The notes under the pieces were generated by a model. The model saw only the letters and a program-made list of their open reading frames with translations, made no database searches and was not told the origin of the DNA. Below, piece after piece: positions 21,543 through 35,100 of a stretch of 64,000 nt of DNA. The stretch covers positions 1,736,001-1,800,000 of the forward strand of contig CM039001.1 in NCBI GenBank assembly GCA_017499595.2. Reading direction: 5' to 3'. The first letter of the stretch is position 1. Each line of letters begins with the position of its first letter. Position numbers and translations under genes: made by a program. This DNA is from Psilocybe cubensis. Lineage: Eukaryota.

Positions 21543-23581
21543 ATGCCGACATCTTCACGCAAGAGCAGTGTTGGTGGGGCACGACGCGGCTTGCAAAAAG
21601 CACATATACCCTATAGAGGTGATAATCCTGAAGTTGGAAAGAAGACTGGAATTTCTGTTGCACATGTCGAGCGCAAGTCCGATGGGTTTGAACCATTCGA
21701 CGAACTCATCCAACAGATAGATGGACGGACTCCTCCCAGGCCGAAGGCAAAGCGAAAGCAGAGCATTTCTACTGTATATCGAAAGGACGATGATTATGAC
21801 GATGAAGACGGGGAGCAATCTATGCAGCTGGATAGTAAGTTCCGATTTGGGAAGAAATACATACTTGCGAAACCTAAACAATAATGGCTTAGGTCCAGTA
21901 AGACATTTAGTGAATCTGCGCCCACCAACGACACCAACAGCATCAGGGCGCAGCCGAACATCTATACGTCCGGTGGCACGAACGTCCGATGTAGACTTTG
22001 ACCGCATCCCGTCCCCCCATCTCCCTAATTCAACGCGTCGTGGTGCGGGTCATGCTGGACCTGGTCCATCTAGTCTCCGTCATTCTGCTCATGATTTAGA
22101 GCCTGAACCACAATCGCAATCGGAATCGCAATCGGACAATGAACCCGCCGGAGATTATACCGGAGAAGCAGGTTACGACAACAACAACGACGACGACGAC
22201 GACGACGCACAGCATGACAACTTTGATGACCATGGTCAACGATTAAGTCCAAAAAGTCGGCGTGGTCCTAGGCAATCAAATTTCAGTGCCATCGAAGAAG
22301 AAGACGAAGAGGAAGCGGCGGATCTTAATCCTGATCCTGAGGGAGTTGAGGATGAGATAGCACAAGGTTTGAAAGATGTTGATTTGGATATGGAAAGTTC
22401 AGCAGAAGATTCTGAACCTGAACCTGAACCTCCTATGAAGAAAAGGAAAGTTGTGGAGGAAAGGAAGACAGCACCTACGAAGACACAGACAAGGTCAAAG
22501 AAGGAGAATCGTCGTCTGTATCAATTTCCTGCGTTTAACTGTCCATCATTGACTGAATACAACGGCCTTGACTCATATAGCTCATCGAGAAGGTGTCAGA
22601 CGTAGTCAACGTGAACATATCCGGCCGCTCGAATATTGGCGGGGCGAAAAGGTCGTTTATGGGAGAACCACACACTCAGGGCCCGTTCTGGTTCCTCCCA
22701 TCAAGGAAATCCTTCGAATACCAAAGGAGGACGCTCTACCCCTCGGCGCCAAACGAAAACGAGGTTCAACCCGACCGCGTAGTAGAAGCCGAGCTGTCGA
22801 CCACCACGAGAACTCAATCCCCCCTGCGTTGGCAGTTCACAACCCTGAAGAAGGGTGGGATGATGACACCTCCGCCATTTGTACTGTTCTTCACTTTACA
22901 ACCAAAGATGAAGTTGAGAGACGTTAGTAGTGTTTCTACTATTGGGATCGATATTAATGTTCACTTTTTCGCACAGGAATTGCATGGACGGCGAAAATGG
23001 TTGAACCACGTATGGCAGCTGACAAAAATTGGTCATTCGATAAGATTTTTGGCGACGATGATTTCATTGCTGCAGGGCAATTGATCATACCTCCTCGCGG
23101 ACGCAAACCCAGTAAAGCTGCTAAAGACAATACTTATGTTAGTACTACACCAATTGAAGTGTATCCTATATTTGAATATTTTTATTTTTTTTAGGTTTTT
23201 TATGTCATTGAAGGCGCAGTCAACTTCAAGATTCACCAAACTTCAATGATCCTCGCTACAGGGGGTATGTTTATGGTACCACGAGGTTTATCATTTTTTC
23301 GCTCTGTTCAAGTCTCGATAAAAGAATAACGAATGTTATTAGGAAACACATATCTCATCGAAAATATTTCAGAACGTAATGCTCGACTCTTCTTTACACA
23401 AGCTCGAAAAGTTGCAATGAATAGCGATGAAAAGACAGCGAAAGCCGAACACATCGCTGAAATGCAGAGGCGAAAATCCCTAATGCGATCCTCAAGTGCT
23501 GGAGCACCCTCTATACACTCTACCAAGACACCAGGGAATCCTCGTGCGGCTTCGATGGCGACCTTCCCTCCCAGGTCTTGA
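21543..23581 (+). CDS. MIF2: Centromere protein C (Mif2/CENP-C)
   Basis: N-terminal VGKKTGI...DGFEPFDE (Mif2 N motif), CENP-C motif GVRRSQREHIRPLEYWRGEKVVY, and C-terminal cupin FYVIEGAV...MFMVPRGNTYLIEN...RLFFTQ. Confidence 0.93.
22177..22207 (+). repeat. (AAC)n(GAC)n coding microsatellite encoding poly-Asn/poly-Asp in CENP-C
   Basis: gacaacaacaacgacgacgacgacgacgacg is read directly. Confidence 0.85.
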
Positions 23582-23944
23582 TCTGGACATGGATACATGG
23601 CTTTAAGGACTTCAGTCACTGGGTGTAAAGTTTCAAGTGATAGTAATAATTATGATGTATCGTAAACTCGACACCCCTTTTATCCGATGCAGATTTAAAC
23701 AATTTAAAAGCTTATGTCGGAATTGTGGTCCTGATATTAGTTGCCCGAACAGTTAAGTCGGAATGCTTTCGAATACTTTGATCTTTGAGGTAAGGCTTAC
23801 GTAACATCTTATTAAATTTGGATGCCAGATATGATGGCATTAGTTTGTATACACAACCACGACAAACCCTGCTGTCATACACTCCTACAGTCTCAAGTAT
23901 TTTTCTAAACAACGTGTTTAGATTGAAATTCTTACACCCGAAAC

Positions 23945-25847
23945 ATGGTCTCTGTAGAAATAATTGACCTTACTACACCTCCCCCGATCCCACAGCCTTC
24001 GACTGTTCATCTTGACTCATCGCATGCGGTGCAAGTAGAAGAAGTTACGGAGGCTGCGACGAGTCAAAAACCAAGGCGAAAACGCAAACGAAAATCTAGA
24101 AATTCACATAACAGTCCAGCTACCACGGCCTGTCCGTCCTCCAGGAGTTCCCCGGATAGAGAGCTTGATTTCGAAGCACAGGCAAAGCGGAAGCGCTCAG
24201 ACCCTTCTTCAAGTGGTAGAACCAGCCAAGAAAATGGCCTTCAGGATATCACTGATAAACAAGATAATCTTCAAGCTGAAGATCAAGATCTGTTCTATGT
24301 AGACGTTACTCCGGTTCCAGTGCCCTCTGCGCGTCAAATAATGGCAGAAAGGTCCAATGAGCCTGTTGAAACATCAGGAAAGCTGCTTGTTCCTGCGCAC
24401 GTTACTGTTTTGGGAAGCACTCCTGTGGAAATAATTAGTCAACCCGCTGTGGACTCTGAAGATGAGAACTTCATTGACTATCTTGACTATGATGATTCTA
24501 AGGTATTCTAAACTATGTCTTTTGACGGTGCAATGATTGACCTCAGATACATTAGCATACGCTTCGATACTTTGATGATACCCCTAATGAGGCTATTGCT
24601 CTCAATCGAACTGTGTGCAAAAACTGTGGTGCGGAAGGAGAACATAAAACCTCGGCCTGTCCAGTTATGATTGTACGTCAATTTCCCCTTTATTTCCCAT
24701 TCAGCGGAACCATAAACATTTTGTAAAGTGTCTGACATGTGGCGCCCGGGACGAACATTCTACACGGTCATGCCCTATAAGTAAAGTTTGCTTTACTTGC
24801 GGGATGAAAGGGCATATCAACTCTGTGAGTGCTGGATTTTTTAGACCATACTTCATTCCCCCTGATGGCACTTCTTAGAATTGTCCTAATCGACGGTCAG
24901 CCCGTGCATTGATGGCAATTAGTGAATATGAATGTGATAGATGCTCTTCATCTCGACATCAAACCAACGTCTGTATTTCCTACGTTGTATGCCCTCGATA
25001 TGCTTAACTTGCTTTAGGAATGCCCGACGTTATGGCGCATGTACGAGTATTTTGGTACTGAGGAACAAACTTGGACTCTCAATGTCCGACAATCCAAGAA
25101 AGATCTGAGGCTTGGTGAAGGCGGCGAAGGCTTTGTGGGCGACGATGAATGGTGCTATTGTTGTGGAGGTCATGGACATTGGGGAGATGTAAGTTGTCAT
25201 ATTTACCTCGTCAATGATATTATCCCACTGAATTCCCTTGCCTATAGGACTGTAACGACCAAGAAGAGAACCGATTCCCAGAAGATTTTTCTGCTTTCAG
25301 CAAAGTTAACGTTATGAATGGCCCGTTCTATGACCCCGCAAAAGAATTGAAAAAGTTCAAATCAAATACCAAAAGTCGCGTCCGGGACTGGGACAAAGAT
25401 AATCTGTCCTGGGATAAAGATGCACCTAGTAATGTTGGGCGGCGAGCTAGAATGAAATCGAGGGCTATATTAGCACAGCAAGAACAACACGCCGAAGCAG
25501 ATTCTAATGATTGGTTCAGTAACTCAGCCAAGCACCGTAGCGGACTACCGCCAAAACCTAAAAGCTCCTTATCCATCAATTTTAAATCATCTCTAGGCAC
25601 GGCTAAGTCGCACAGCATGCCCAACAACAATCCTAGCCTGTTAGCTCGTATAAGTGAACCCTCACAGGACAAACATCGATCGAACCGCTCCGATAAACGC
25701 TACTTAGGGGATGGTTGTTCGAGTTCACGAAGGAATCATCATGAGCATTCTAGACGCGATGACAAGTCATCTTTGGATCACTATTCAGGCAGGAACCGCC
25801 GTCACGTCGATTCCGGACCCCGTTACAAAGGCGGATATGGGAAGTAA
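23945..25847 (+). CDS. AIR1: Air1/Air2-like CCHC zinc-knuckle protein (TRAMP complex)
   Basis: Five knuckles across spliced exons: CKNCGAEGEHKTSAC, CLTCGARDEHSTRSC, CFTCGMKGHINSNC, CDRCSSSRHQTNEC and CYCCGGHGHWGDDC. The CPTLWRMY linker resembles the Air IWRxY motif. Confidence 0.85.
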
Positions 25848-26182
25848 ATAGGATATGTTTCGACGCTTATCACTACTTGAGTGACAACCATCTATATCCT
25901 TGTTCATGAAACCAAATCGCCTCGGGAAGTAGTGAATATGTCTACATGTGGGATGGGACACTAGGAAACTTCAAATTTGTGTCCATGAAATACATTCTGT
26001 TTATCATAGGATGCCGTATTTTCAACCTGACCATTATTAGGAAAGACTTTGGCTTGTAGAGGAAATAATTTGGGTACCGACGCAAATGGCTACAAAGTTC
26101 AAAAGGCATTGTCAATTTATACTTATTCTCTGGTAAAAGGGATTAAACACGGGGAGGTGATATGTACATATGGTTACAAAGG

Positions 26183-28733
26183 TTATCCGTCGACATGCAC
26201 CGACAATTTTGGCGCCGATAAGCGGGAAATATAGTCCTACCGCCCCGAATAAATGAATGAATGAACATGAATTCAAGATAAAAAATCTTACCCTAATCCA
26301 TCGTTCCCTTTCATCTGGAATGTGTTCAAATGTAATATAACGTTTATCATGCTGGACAAAAGAAATCAGTGATACGAATACGCGAGGACATCAGGATCTT
26401 ACTTTCAAAACGTTTTCCATCTCCCTGATGTCAATATTCTTGGCTAACGCCTTCATATCGACCTTGTCTTCACCATCTTCGCCAATATCGTCACCTTCTA
26501 TTTGAAGGTTTCCGGCTACATCCTCGCCCCCTATTTTGCGCAGACGGCCCCAGAATTCCACGAAAGAATTTTCTTCCATCATTTCATCAAAAGCAATGCG
26601 CGCTGCAGTTGTCCGTTCTCTCTGCCATTTATCGAAGTCAGCTTCAATCTGATCAATATTATATCCCAATTTTTTTGCTGGTGCGGAAGAAAGAATTGTT
26701 TCTAAGGGGAGGGTGTGGAACTTAGTGGCAAGGGATGGAGCATGAGCTTCAAAAAGTGCATGCAACCCGGTTAATTGCTTGTCTCGTAAATGGGATAGAT
26801 GTTCGTGGAATAGGCGTAATTGATGATTGAGAGACAAAGGCGAGTTGGTGAAGCGCAGATCAGTTTTTAGTTGGGGCACAATATCATCCCATGTGACCTG
26901 TCATTGGAAAAATGAAATTAGTGTCTGCCCAACTTGCTAGGAAACGCGTACCTGTGACTCGCGGATAGCATCTGTAAGTAAAGTCCTGTAAAATATCACC
27001 CGATATTGAGTGACATGTGTAGATTGTCCTGACATTTGAATTATACACACCTAAAAGTTCTTTCCCCTTCTTCTTTGTCAATTCCCATTTTTGACCGCTC
27101 TATATCAGCATCTAAACGACGACGCTCTGCGTTAACCTTCTCTTCTCGTTCCTTGACGGCTTTCTTTCTCCGTTCTTCTCGTTCCTCTCCTTCTGCTTGA
27201 CCGTACGTGGTCGGTGAATTTGGTTGTAATGCAGCATTTTGTTCAGGCTTATGTTGAAATCCCCTGTCTTTAATAAATGTATTAAACAGTTCCTCCCGAA
27301 GAGTTGAGGAACCAACCGCGTCATAGCGAGGATCTTTATATATCTTTTTCTTGGCCTAGATTTTGATATATAATGAGTGGGTTATAGTGAAAGTTCGTTT
27401 CCTCTTAGAACCTACATCTTTCCAAGCAATACCTTCAGTAACAAATGGATGTTCTTTGAGGAGAGCGAAGAAATTCCTCTCAGCTTTTTGTGCGGCCTCC
27501 CTTTTGACTATCATAATCCAGAGTCAGTAGCTGACGGTAATGGGAATCAGATACATACGTTCGCCCAGTTCCTTCAAAAACTCCCTGAAGCGTTTCTCTC
27601 TTTCTTTGTCATCTCGGCCCCATCCATAAAACCGGCGATCTTTTTTCCATGATCTTCTAAAATCGGTCCAGCTTGTTCTTGTGCTCTTAACTTCCTCCTT
27701 TAAAAGCCGTTCGAAGTCCTCCTTTGGGTTGGCCATTTCTTTGTCTTTTTTGACAGCAGATTGGCGTAGTTCCCGAGAGCGTTCTTTGCAATATTCGTCA
27801 AAGGCTTCGCGCCGCGCCGTCACAGACTGCAGAAGAACATATCGGGGATCAGAGATAAACTTAGGAAGAGACTTGTCCCATGGATGCAACGGGTTAATAT
27901 CCTTCTCACGGAGCAATGTCTTGTAACCTCATATGTAAGTAGATGTTCAATTGCCATTGGTATAAAGATTAATACCTTAAAGAGCGCTTTGCCTTCTTCA
28001 GGGGAAAGGTCGACCCTGTCAGGAATAGCCACTTTCAAGGCCACTTGAGTCCGTTGAGCCTCTGCCTCTGCTTCTCTCTGCTTCTCTGTGTCTCGAATTC
28101 GCTGACGTTCCTCTTCAGCTTCTTTGGCAAGTTGTTGGGCAGCTTCACGTTGCCAATCTTCTTCATCTTCCTCATTGTTATCCTCTTCGCTTTCGCTTTC
28201 GTCTTCTTCTTCTCCTTCCTCATCCACTTTAGCCTTCTTATTCAGGACCACCTCGCTGATGGGAACAGTATCATCTGCTTTTCGTTTCGCGATGCTGGTC
28301 GTTTCTTTCGTCTTCTGCGCTGACTTTCCACGACTCTCATTCTCTTTTGCTTGAAGGGCATCCAGGGCAGGTTTTAATTCGTCTGGAACAACCCATACAC
28401 TTTCTTTCCTAACTTTATGAGAGTAAAATATATTGCCTTCCGTAGTCGTCACTTTAAGCCAATCAGTGCCTGGAATTGGTGTTTTTAAAAGCGGTTTCTC
28501 TTTTTTGCTGGCTTTTTTCGGTTGTATGGGAGAAATCTGTGGAGTAGGGCGAATATATGTTGATTCACGCGTCACTGCATTGTAATAATATGGCTGGCCA
28601 TTGGGTCCTTGCAGACTAGTCAGAGATATGAACTGGATAAAAATTTAACTAGATTGCGAGACACACCGAGATGTTCAGTCCATCCTTGCGGTAGTGGGGG
28701 AATTGCAATCCCCAGATAGGGTAGAGCGGACAT
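26183..28733 (-). CDS. WW + FF domain protein (TCERG1/CA150/Urn1-like transcription-splicing factor)
   Basis: PPLPQGWTEH|..GQPYYYN (WW1), TDWLKVTTTEGNIFYSH (WW2), and FF repeats ALFK..LREKDINPLHPWDKSLPKFISDPRY and FERLLKEEVKSTRTSWTDF. Confidence 0.88.
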
Positions 28734-29107
28734 TTGACTGATGTTGTTCAGAAGAAAGACAAGGAATCGGCTAGTCACAAATTACACCTCACGATCACGT
28801 GGAGCGCTTAAAAAGTTGTGTCTATTTATAAAATAATTATGTATTGTGTAGAACAAACGGCGACTCCGAATTGACACTTGGCCATCAACTATGGCACACA
28901 TCCATACTGCCGCCCTAGTTCCTATTACCCGCATAAGTAATATATATAGGTGGGAAACGATGTCAGAAATATCTCATTCCCCACTTGCCGTCCATTCTGC
29001 TTTGATACGATTGCTTTAAAACCCCACACATGCGATGATGTTAAAACCCCATTGTTCCCTACTTTTTTATCTTTCCCCGGGAGCTCTCGAGATTGGTCCT
29101 GTCAACC

Positions 29108-31946
29108 ATGACTTCAATCAACAGCGAAATTAGCGTAAATCATCAGAAGACATTGACGAAGAAAGTCTTGTGGAAGCTGGATTGTCATATTTTGCCACCT
29201 CTTGCACTTGTCAGTACGCTCTTTGACGTGCTGTCGAGTGTCTGTTTCACTTACCTGCAACTGTTGTACTTCACGATAGCTTTGGCTGGCGAATTTCATC
29301 GACAGGAGCAACGTTGGAAATGCACGGTAAGGATATTCTTTTAAACGACTTGATTGGCGCTATATCATTGCCTCCTACTATATTGCAGAATTGCAGGACT
29401 TGAGAAGGATACACACTTAAAGGGGAATCAATTTAACACAGTATTGGCTGGTATGTCAATTGCAACACTTCAAAAACGTAGTATCGTGTGCTGACCCATC
29501 AAATGATCAGTATTTTATGTATCGTGGGTGAAACTGTCAATTCACTCTGTGCAGGAAATCTGATTAGTATAACTGTTTGACTAGATATCTCCTCGTTGAA
29601 CTACCGTCTAACATGTTGCTGAAGAAGATGAAGCCTAACGTAGGTCATTAGCTGCAAGTATGAATACGCCTTGTTGACACAATATCGTGCAGCGGTGGAT
29701 TCCTCTTCTCGTGTGCTTGTGGGGTGTTATCACCACTCTTTCGGCTCTGGTACGTCAATTCCATAATCGCGTATGTGCGTTACTTTCCTTTGGCTTACAT
29801 GCAATAGGTCAAAAATTTTTCAGGTCTTGTTGTCATAAGACTTTTCTTAGGGTCTTTTGAAGGAGGTTTGCTCCCAGGAATCGTAAGTGCGGCATCACTA
29901 CTCGCCTTATGATGTCTTTTTTAGTACAGCTTTGTGTTAGATCCTTTACTTGAGCACCATTTACAAACGTCACGAGCTACAGCTAAGGTACTCAATTATT
30001 CATTTTTACCCGTCTTGTTTCTCTAAATTTAGGACATATCACACAGAGTCGGTATATTCTACGCTTCTGGCAAGTCTTTCACATCAACTAGTAATACACG
30101 CGTGCTTAACCATTATCTGAAATAGCGTCACTCTCCGGTGCCTTCGGAGGTGAGAATTGGTCCTCCTCAATTTGACTGTAGTAGAAGCCCTTACGCCTTA
30201 TTTTGCGTTGAAGGCCTTCTTGCGACGGCCATTTTAAAAATGGACGGTGTAGGAGGCTTGGCTGGTTGGAGATGGATCTTTGTAAGTGTCGTTTCTGCTC
30301 CAACTATGGTTCATGGATTTTACTATGCTACTGCAACCCGATTTTAGATTCTAGAAGGGCTGGCAACAGTAATTTCAAGCTTCATTGCGGCTTACTTTCT
30401 ACCGGAGAGCCTCGAAACAGCGTCATTCTTCACAGATGAGGAAAGGAAATTTGCAAGTAAGGTATTCAGGCACTCAAAATTGTCCTCAGGAAACTTATGT
30501 TACGTGTGCCCAAGTCGAACGATTTCATATTGATGATTCTGCAATGGGGCTCATAGATATCGAAACTTTTTCCCCTATTCGAAAGGATCTTGAAGAAAAG
30601 GCCAACACTGAGGGTCAATTTGAAAGTACATCTAGCTCTTTGCCAGCGCAGAATGAAGAGGAATTCGAATGGAGAGAAGTGTTTAGAGGTATCTACTTTC
30701 TATCTGGAGCATAGACAACTGACATAGAGTTTTCGTGATAGGGATATGGGAAATTCAAGTATGGCTCACAGGACTCGCTTATTTTGGCCTTATCGTCAGC
30801 TTATATTCGTATTCTTTATTCCTGTACGTCGAGGTCTCTTTCCAGTGCTCGTGAAGCTCAGATTATTCATAACAAATCATTGTGGGAATAGTCCCACCAT
30901 AGTCGCCGGTCTAGGTTACACTGGCTCTGAGGCGCAGCTTCATACCGGTGAGTAAAATCTCTGGAACGGAGGCGGTAATATCACCCATGCGATGTACTAA
31001 TTTCACCTTTCATCGCAAAGTTCCTCCATATGTTCCAGCGACTGTCCTCACGGGTAAGAATAGAGGACTTACACCCCTGAGTCATCTATAACGTCAACTT
31101 GCAGTTATTGTCGCGATACTCAGTGACAGAATGAAATGGCGAGGACCATTCATTCTAATTTGTTTACCACTAGCGTTTATCGGTGAGCAATTATGGTTCT
31201 CATAAGGAACACCAATTCACAATGTCACTAAAGGTTATGTAATGGCTATAACTGCCCAAACCAACGGGACCCGGTACATTGCCGTATTCTTCATGGCAGC
31301 TGGGGTGTAGGTTATTTTCAGAGATGAAATTGCTATACCTGTTCATTTTCTTTTGCTCGGTGTAGATATCCGTCAGCGCCGTGTATCTTGTATGTCTCAC
31401 ATACCCTGTGTGCGCGGATGCTAATTATTCGCGATCAATCTGCAGATCTATATTGCCAAATAATAGCAGTGGACACTATAAGAGGGCAGCGACCACCGCT
31501 CTTCAGCTTGCTATTGCCAATGCCGGGCAAGTACTTTTTGGGCTATATGACTATTACCGTTGCTTACTTGCCATTGTAGTGGATTTGTAGCAACATTTGC
31601 ATACACTCCAGGTACGTCTCAGAGTGCGTTCTCGTTACTCCTTATCTAACAATAGTCAATCAAAGAGCAAAAACCCAAATATATCCGTGGGCACACGATT
31701 TCGCTTGCGTTTATCTGCCTTGCCTGGGTCCTTGTTGGTTTAAACGTGTAAGTAATGACCATGTGCTTCCAACCAGTGATATATGACACATAGAATTGAA
31801 TCAGACTCTATTGTATGTGGGAGAATAAAGCTCGCCAAAATGGTCGCCGACAAGACAATTTGACGAAGTACAACACATTGGTCAGAGAAGGCAAAACAAA
31901 GGCCCCTATAGGCGACAGACATCCAAATTTCCGTTTTACGCTTTGA
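29108..31946 (+). CDS. MFS transporter, anion:cation symporter (Dal5/Tna1-like) family
   Basis: VLWKLDCHILP, NFIDRSNVGNA, ELPSNMLLKK, FEGGLLPG, LSGAFGGLLA, LAGWRWIFILEG, GDRHPNFRFTL*. The gene has roughly 20 short introns. Confidence 0.93.
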
Positions 31947-32110
31947 AAACACGTTGACAAGTTGTTTGCTCTAACGTTGTACATTTTATGCAATACATTG
32001 AATTATGGCTATCGTTACAAATGCTGGGAACGAAGTGGGATGAAGAGAGATGGTCGTAAATAAGCAAGAAATCAAGATGCATGCAGATCAAATGGTGGGT
32101 GCAGGAGGCG

Positions 32111-35100
32111 TTATGCATAGAACCTATCAAGAATAATAAGTATTTTTAAGTATGATATATGAAACAAGCACGTACTTTTTGTTAATCTGGAAAAGAAATA
32201 GCTCAAAATTGACCTTGACCTTTCCGCCAAATAGCGGCAAAGACGACTTTTTCTCATATTTCGCCTGTAGAAGATCCTCCATGCGTATGTCTTCGGCTGC
32301 AATGCGAGATGTAACCCCAAGCATCGTGGATTCAAGTGACAGATTAAAAACACCAGCTCGATTTGATGACATAGTGATTTGTAATTTATCAAACTGGCGG
32401 GGGGAGTATTGGTCAATTGATAGCAGTATACCTCGATCGTAGAGCTTTTTGGCCGAGTATAGAAACGAGCCGAATTGTGGAGCTTGTCCTGTCCTTTGTA
32501 AATCACGAAGGTGGAAATACTGTTTACTGAAAGGAAGAACAGGTCGCCTTTTTCTGCAACAAGGCGTAAGCTGTAAGATAAAAATTTGAATGTATGTACA
32601 TACCCTTTTCCTTTCTGCATTGTATTCATAGCAGTCTCTACATAGTTGTGATAGCTGTCAATTTGTTCCTCGAAGTATTTCTTGCGCTCGGCCAGCTGGC
32701 GTAAAGCTTCATTCATACTCTCCATCTCTTGTTGACGTTGAAGACGCTTTCGATGTTTACTTCGCACATCTCCGGCGATAGCATTGAGGATTCCCTGGAA
32801 ACCATCGTCCCGTGTAATTTTCCCAAGTTTCTCGAGTTCAAGCAAATTTGAAATAGCAAGCGCTTTAACGGCAGCAAACTTCAGGCTGAAGAAGAGTTAG
32901 ATACCCTGAAAATAACCATAGAGTGTATTCTTACGAGCGAATATCTTCTAGACGATACGCAGAATCGTTCACAGCAGTGGATGGTTGGCGCCTAGGCATT
33001 TGGCGGATCTCGTTCTCAATTTCAGCCTCAAGAATTTCCTCCCAAAGAGCTTCATCGTTTTCAGTGACCCTCTGCATCAGTGATTCCAGCAAATCTTGTG
33101 CGGGCTGTACACGAAGTATAGCTAGAACCCCCCGTTTAGCCTGTACCCAAAGTGTTTTCTCTTCTGCAAGAGGATCTTTCACAGATGTCAGAATACTTGA
33201 ACACCCCGGTTTAGAGATATTTCTTACCTTGAACGTAAGCAAATCGGTTGGTTAATTCTAAAGTGATAGCAGTGTCTCGTGCTTCCTTAAGCTCTTCATT
33301 GTCTAGATGTGGAACTCCACCCAATTCAGATAGAATTACTTTCAAAGCATCGTCGTGGTCCGATTTCTGGACAAGTTTAATTTGAATTATTAGCCAGTAT
33401 CACCACCAGATGCCACATACCAAAAAATCCTGGTGTTGCAACAAAAGGGAATGGATGGTATATATTTCATTTGGGGAAATGTAAATGGGCTTTGGTTGAA
33501 CAGTGGCATCCATGAATTCGTGAGCATGGAAATGTGTCTCCGCGTCCGGTACATCAGCAACTTCAAGTAGTGAATATGGATATACTTGTGGATTTGAGAG
33601 AGAACGTACCTTCATTAAACCATGCGGAAAATTGAAGGATTGCCTTCCTTACAAAGTCATTTATAGGGACGTAGCTTGGTTTGTCATCACCAAAGTCAAC
33701 ACCACTGGCGATCTGAGCAAGAACTTGAGAAATCTGCGCCAGATTTTTCTTCGCGGTTGTAATATTAATAGTTTTGGGCACAATATCAAACATCTCAGGG
33801 GTGCTAGGGAGAAGTTAGACCGCAGGATATTGATATGAGACATGACAGCATACATTAGAGCCGGATTAATGTATCGATAAAACACCAGTCTCGCGACGCA
33901 TGCCCCGTAAACCTCCTCAGGTAATCCAGGGAATTTTTCCTGTATAATAGTTAAAAAATGGACAAGGATGTCAGCACAAGCTAACCTTCAGGTTCAAGAT
34001 TGTTTCTCTAGCCAGAAATCTCATGCAATATGGCATCTTCTTGGTTGACTGCACAATAGCATTGACGAAGGCTTCTGTCCACCACTGCAGAACCTGAAGA
34101 TCTACAAAAAAGGAAGAACCTTCAAAATCGACTCATAAAATATGTAACGGAGCAACATACGACGAATATAAATCGCCCTTGTGTCGGGATCAACCACAGC
34201 TTCCCTGAAAGGAATGTTCTTTGGAAGTGGACTAGGTTTACCTGACCTCATTTCTTCAACGTCAAGGCGAGCACGATGAATCTTTGAAACATCATTCAGT
34301 TTTACTTATAGAGTACAGATCCATTACTTACTAAAGATGGGTCTGCCTCAAGGTCAAGGTCGTCGGCGTCAATAAGCTCACGAATAATGGCTTGAAATGA
34401 GTCCCGAACATAGGTTACTTGGCGAGGACGAACATAATGCACGGCAATATTTATGTACATAGGATGTCCAGCTATAATATCGTCAATAGATGGCGCATTG
34501 TAAATCTCGTCTCTTATAGCAGTCTACAAGGATGTGATGAGGTCCAGAGGGATCAAAAGATTTGAATTTGATACGAACCTGGAATAACTTGAGCAGCAGG
34601 AAATCCTCCCTCCTGTCTTGGCCATAACCAAACAGAGTCAGGACAACTCGCTCCGTGAATCTGCGACTCGATTCGGGATTGCCATCCATTGAAAGCCGAA
34701 CCAAGAGTCTGGTCAAGTAATCACCTCGGATCTGGAGCAGGTAGAATAATTGTTGGTACAGCTCTAACTTCCGACGAGCATCTTGATCCAGGGTATTTGG
34801 TCCAGAGAAAGGATCACCATGCGCAGCAAGTAGGGAGACTCGGGCCGCCGCCAGAGCTGCGCTATCACCCCCATGTCTCCTCCGTGCCTTTATCACGTCT
34901 TCAAAACTCTTCAGGTTTTGAACGACAAGAGCGATTTTCACATCAAGATCATGTACGTCGTTTTCCAGAGCCTGGTTTTCCCTAATATGTTCAACCACGC
35001 GCTTACGCAGTCTTTCAACCTTGATTTCTTCCTGGAAGTCGGCCTCCGAATCGTCCAATAGATGTACAAAGTTTTTTATCGTCCCGACCGTCACATTCTT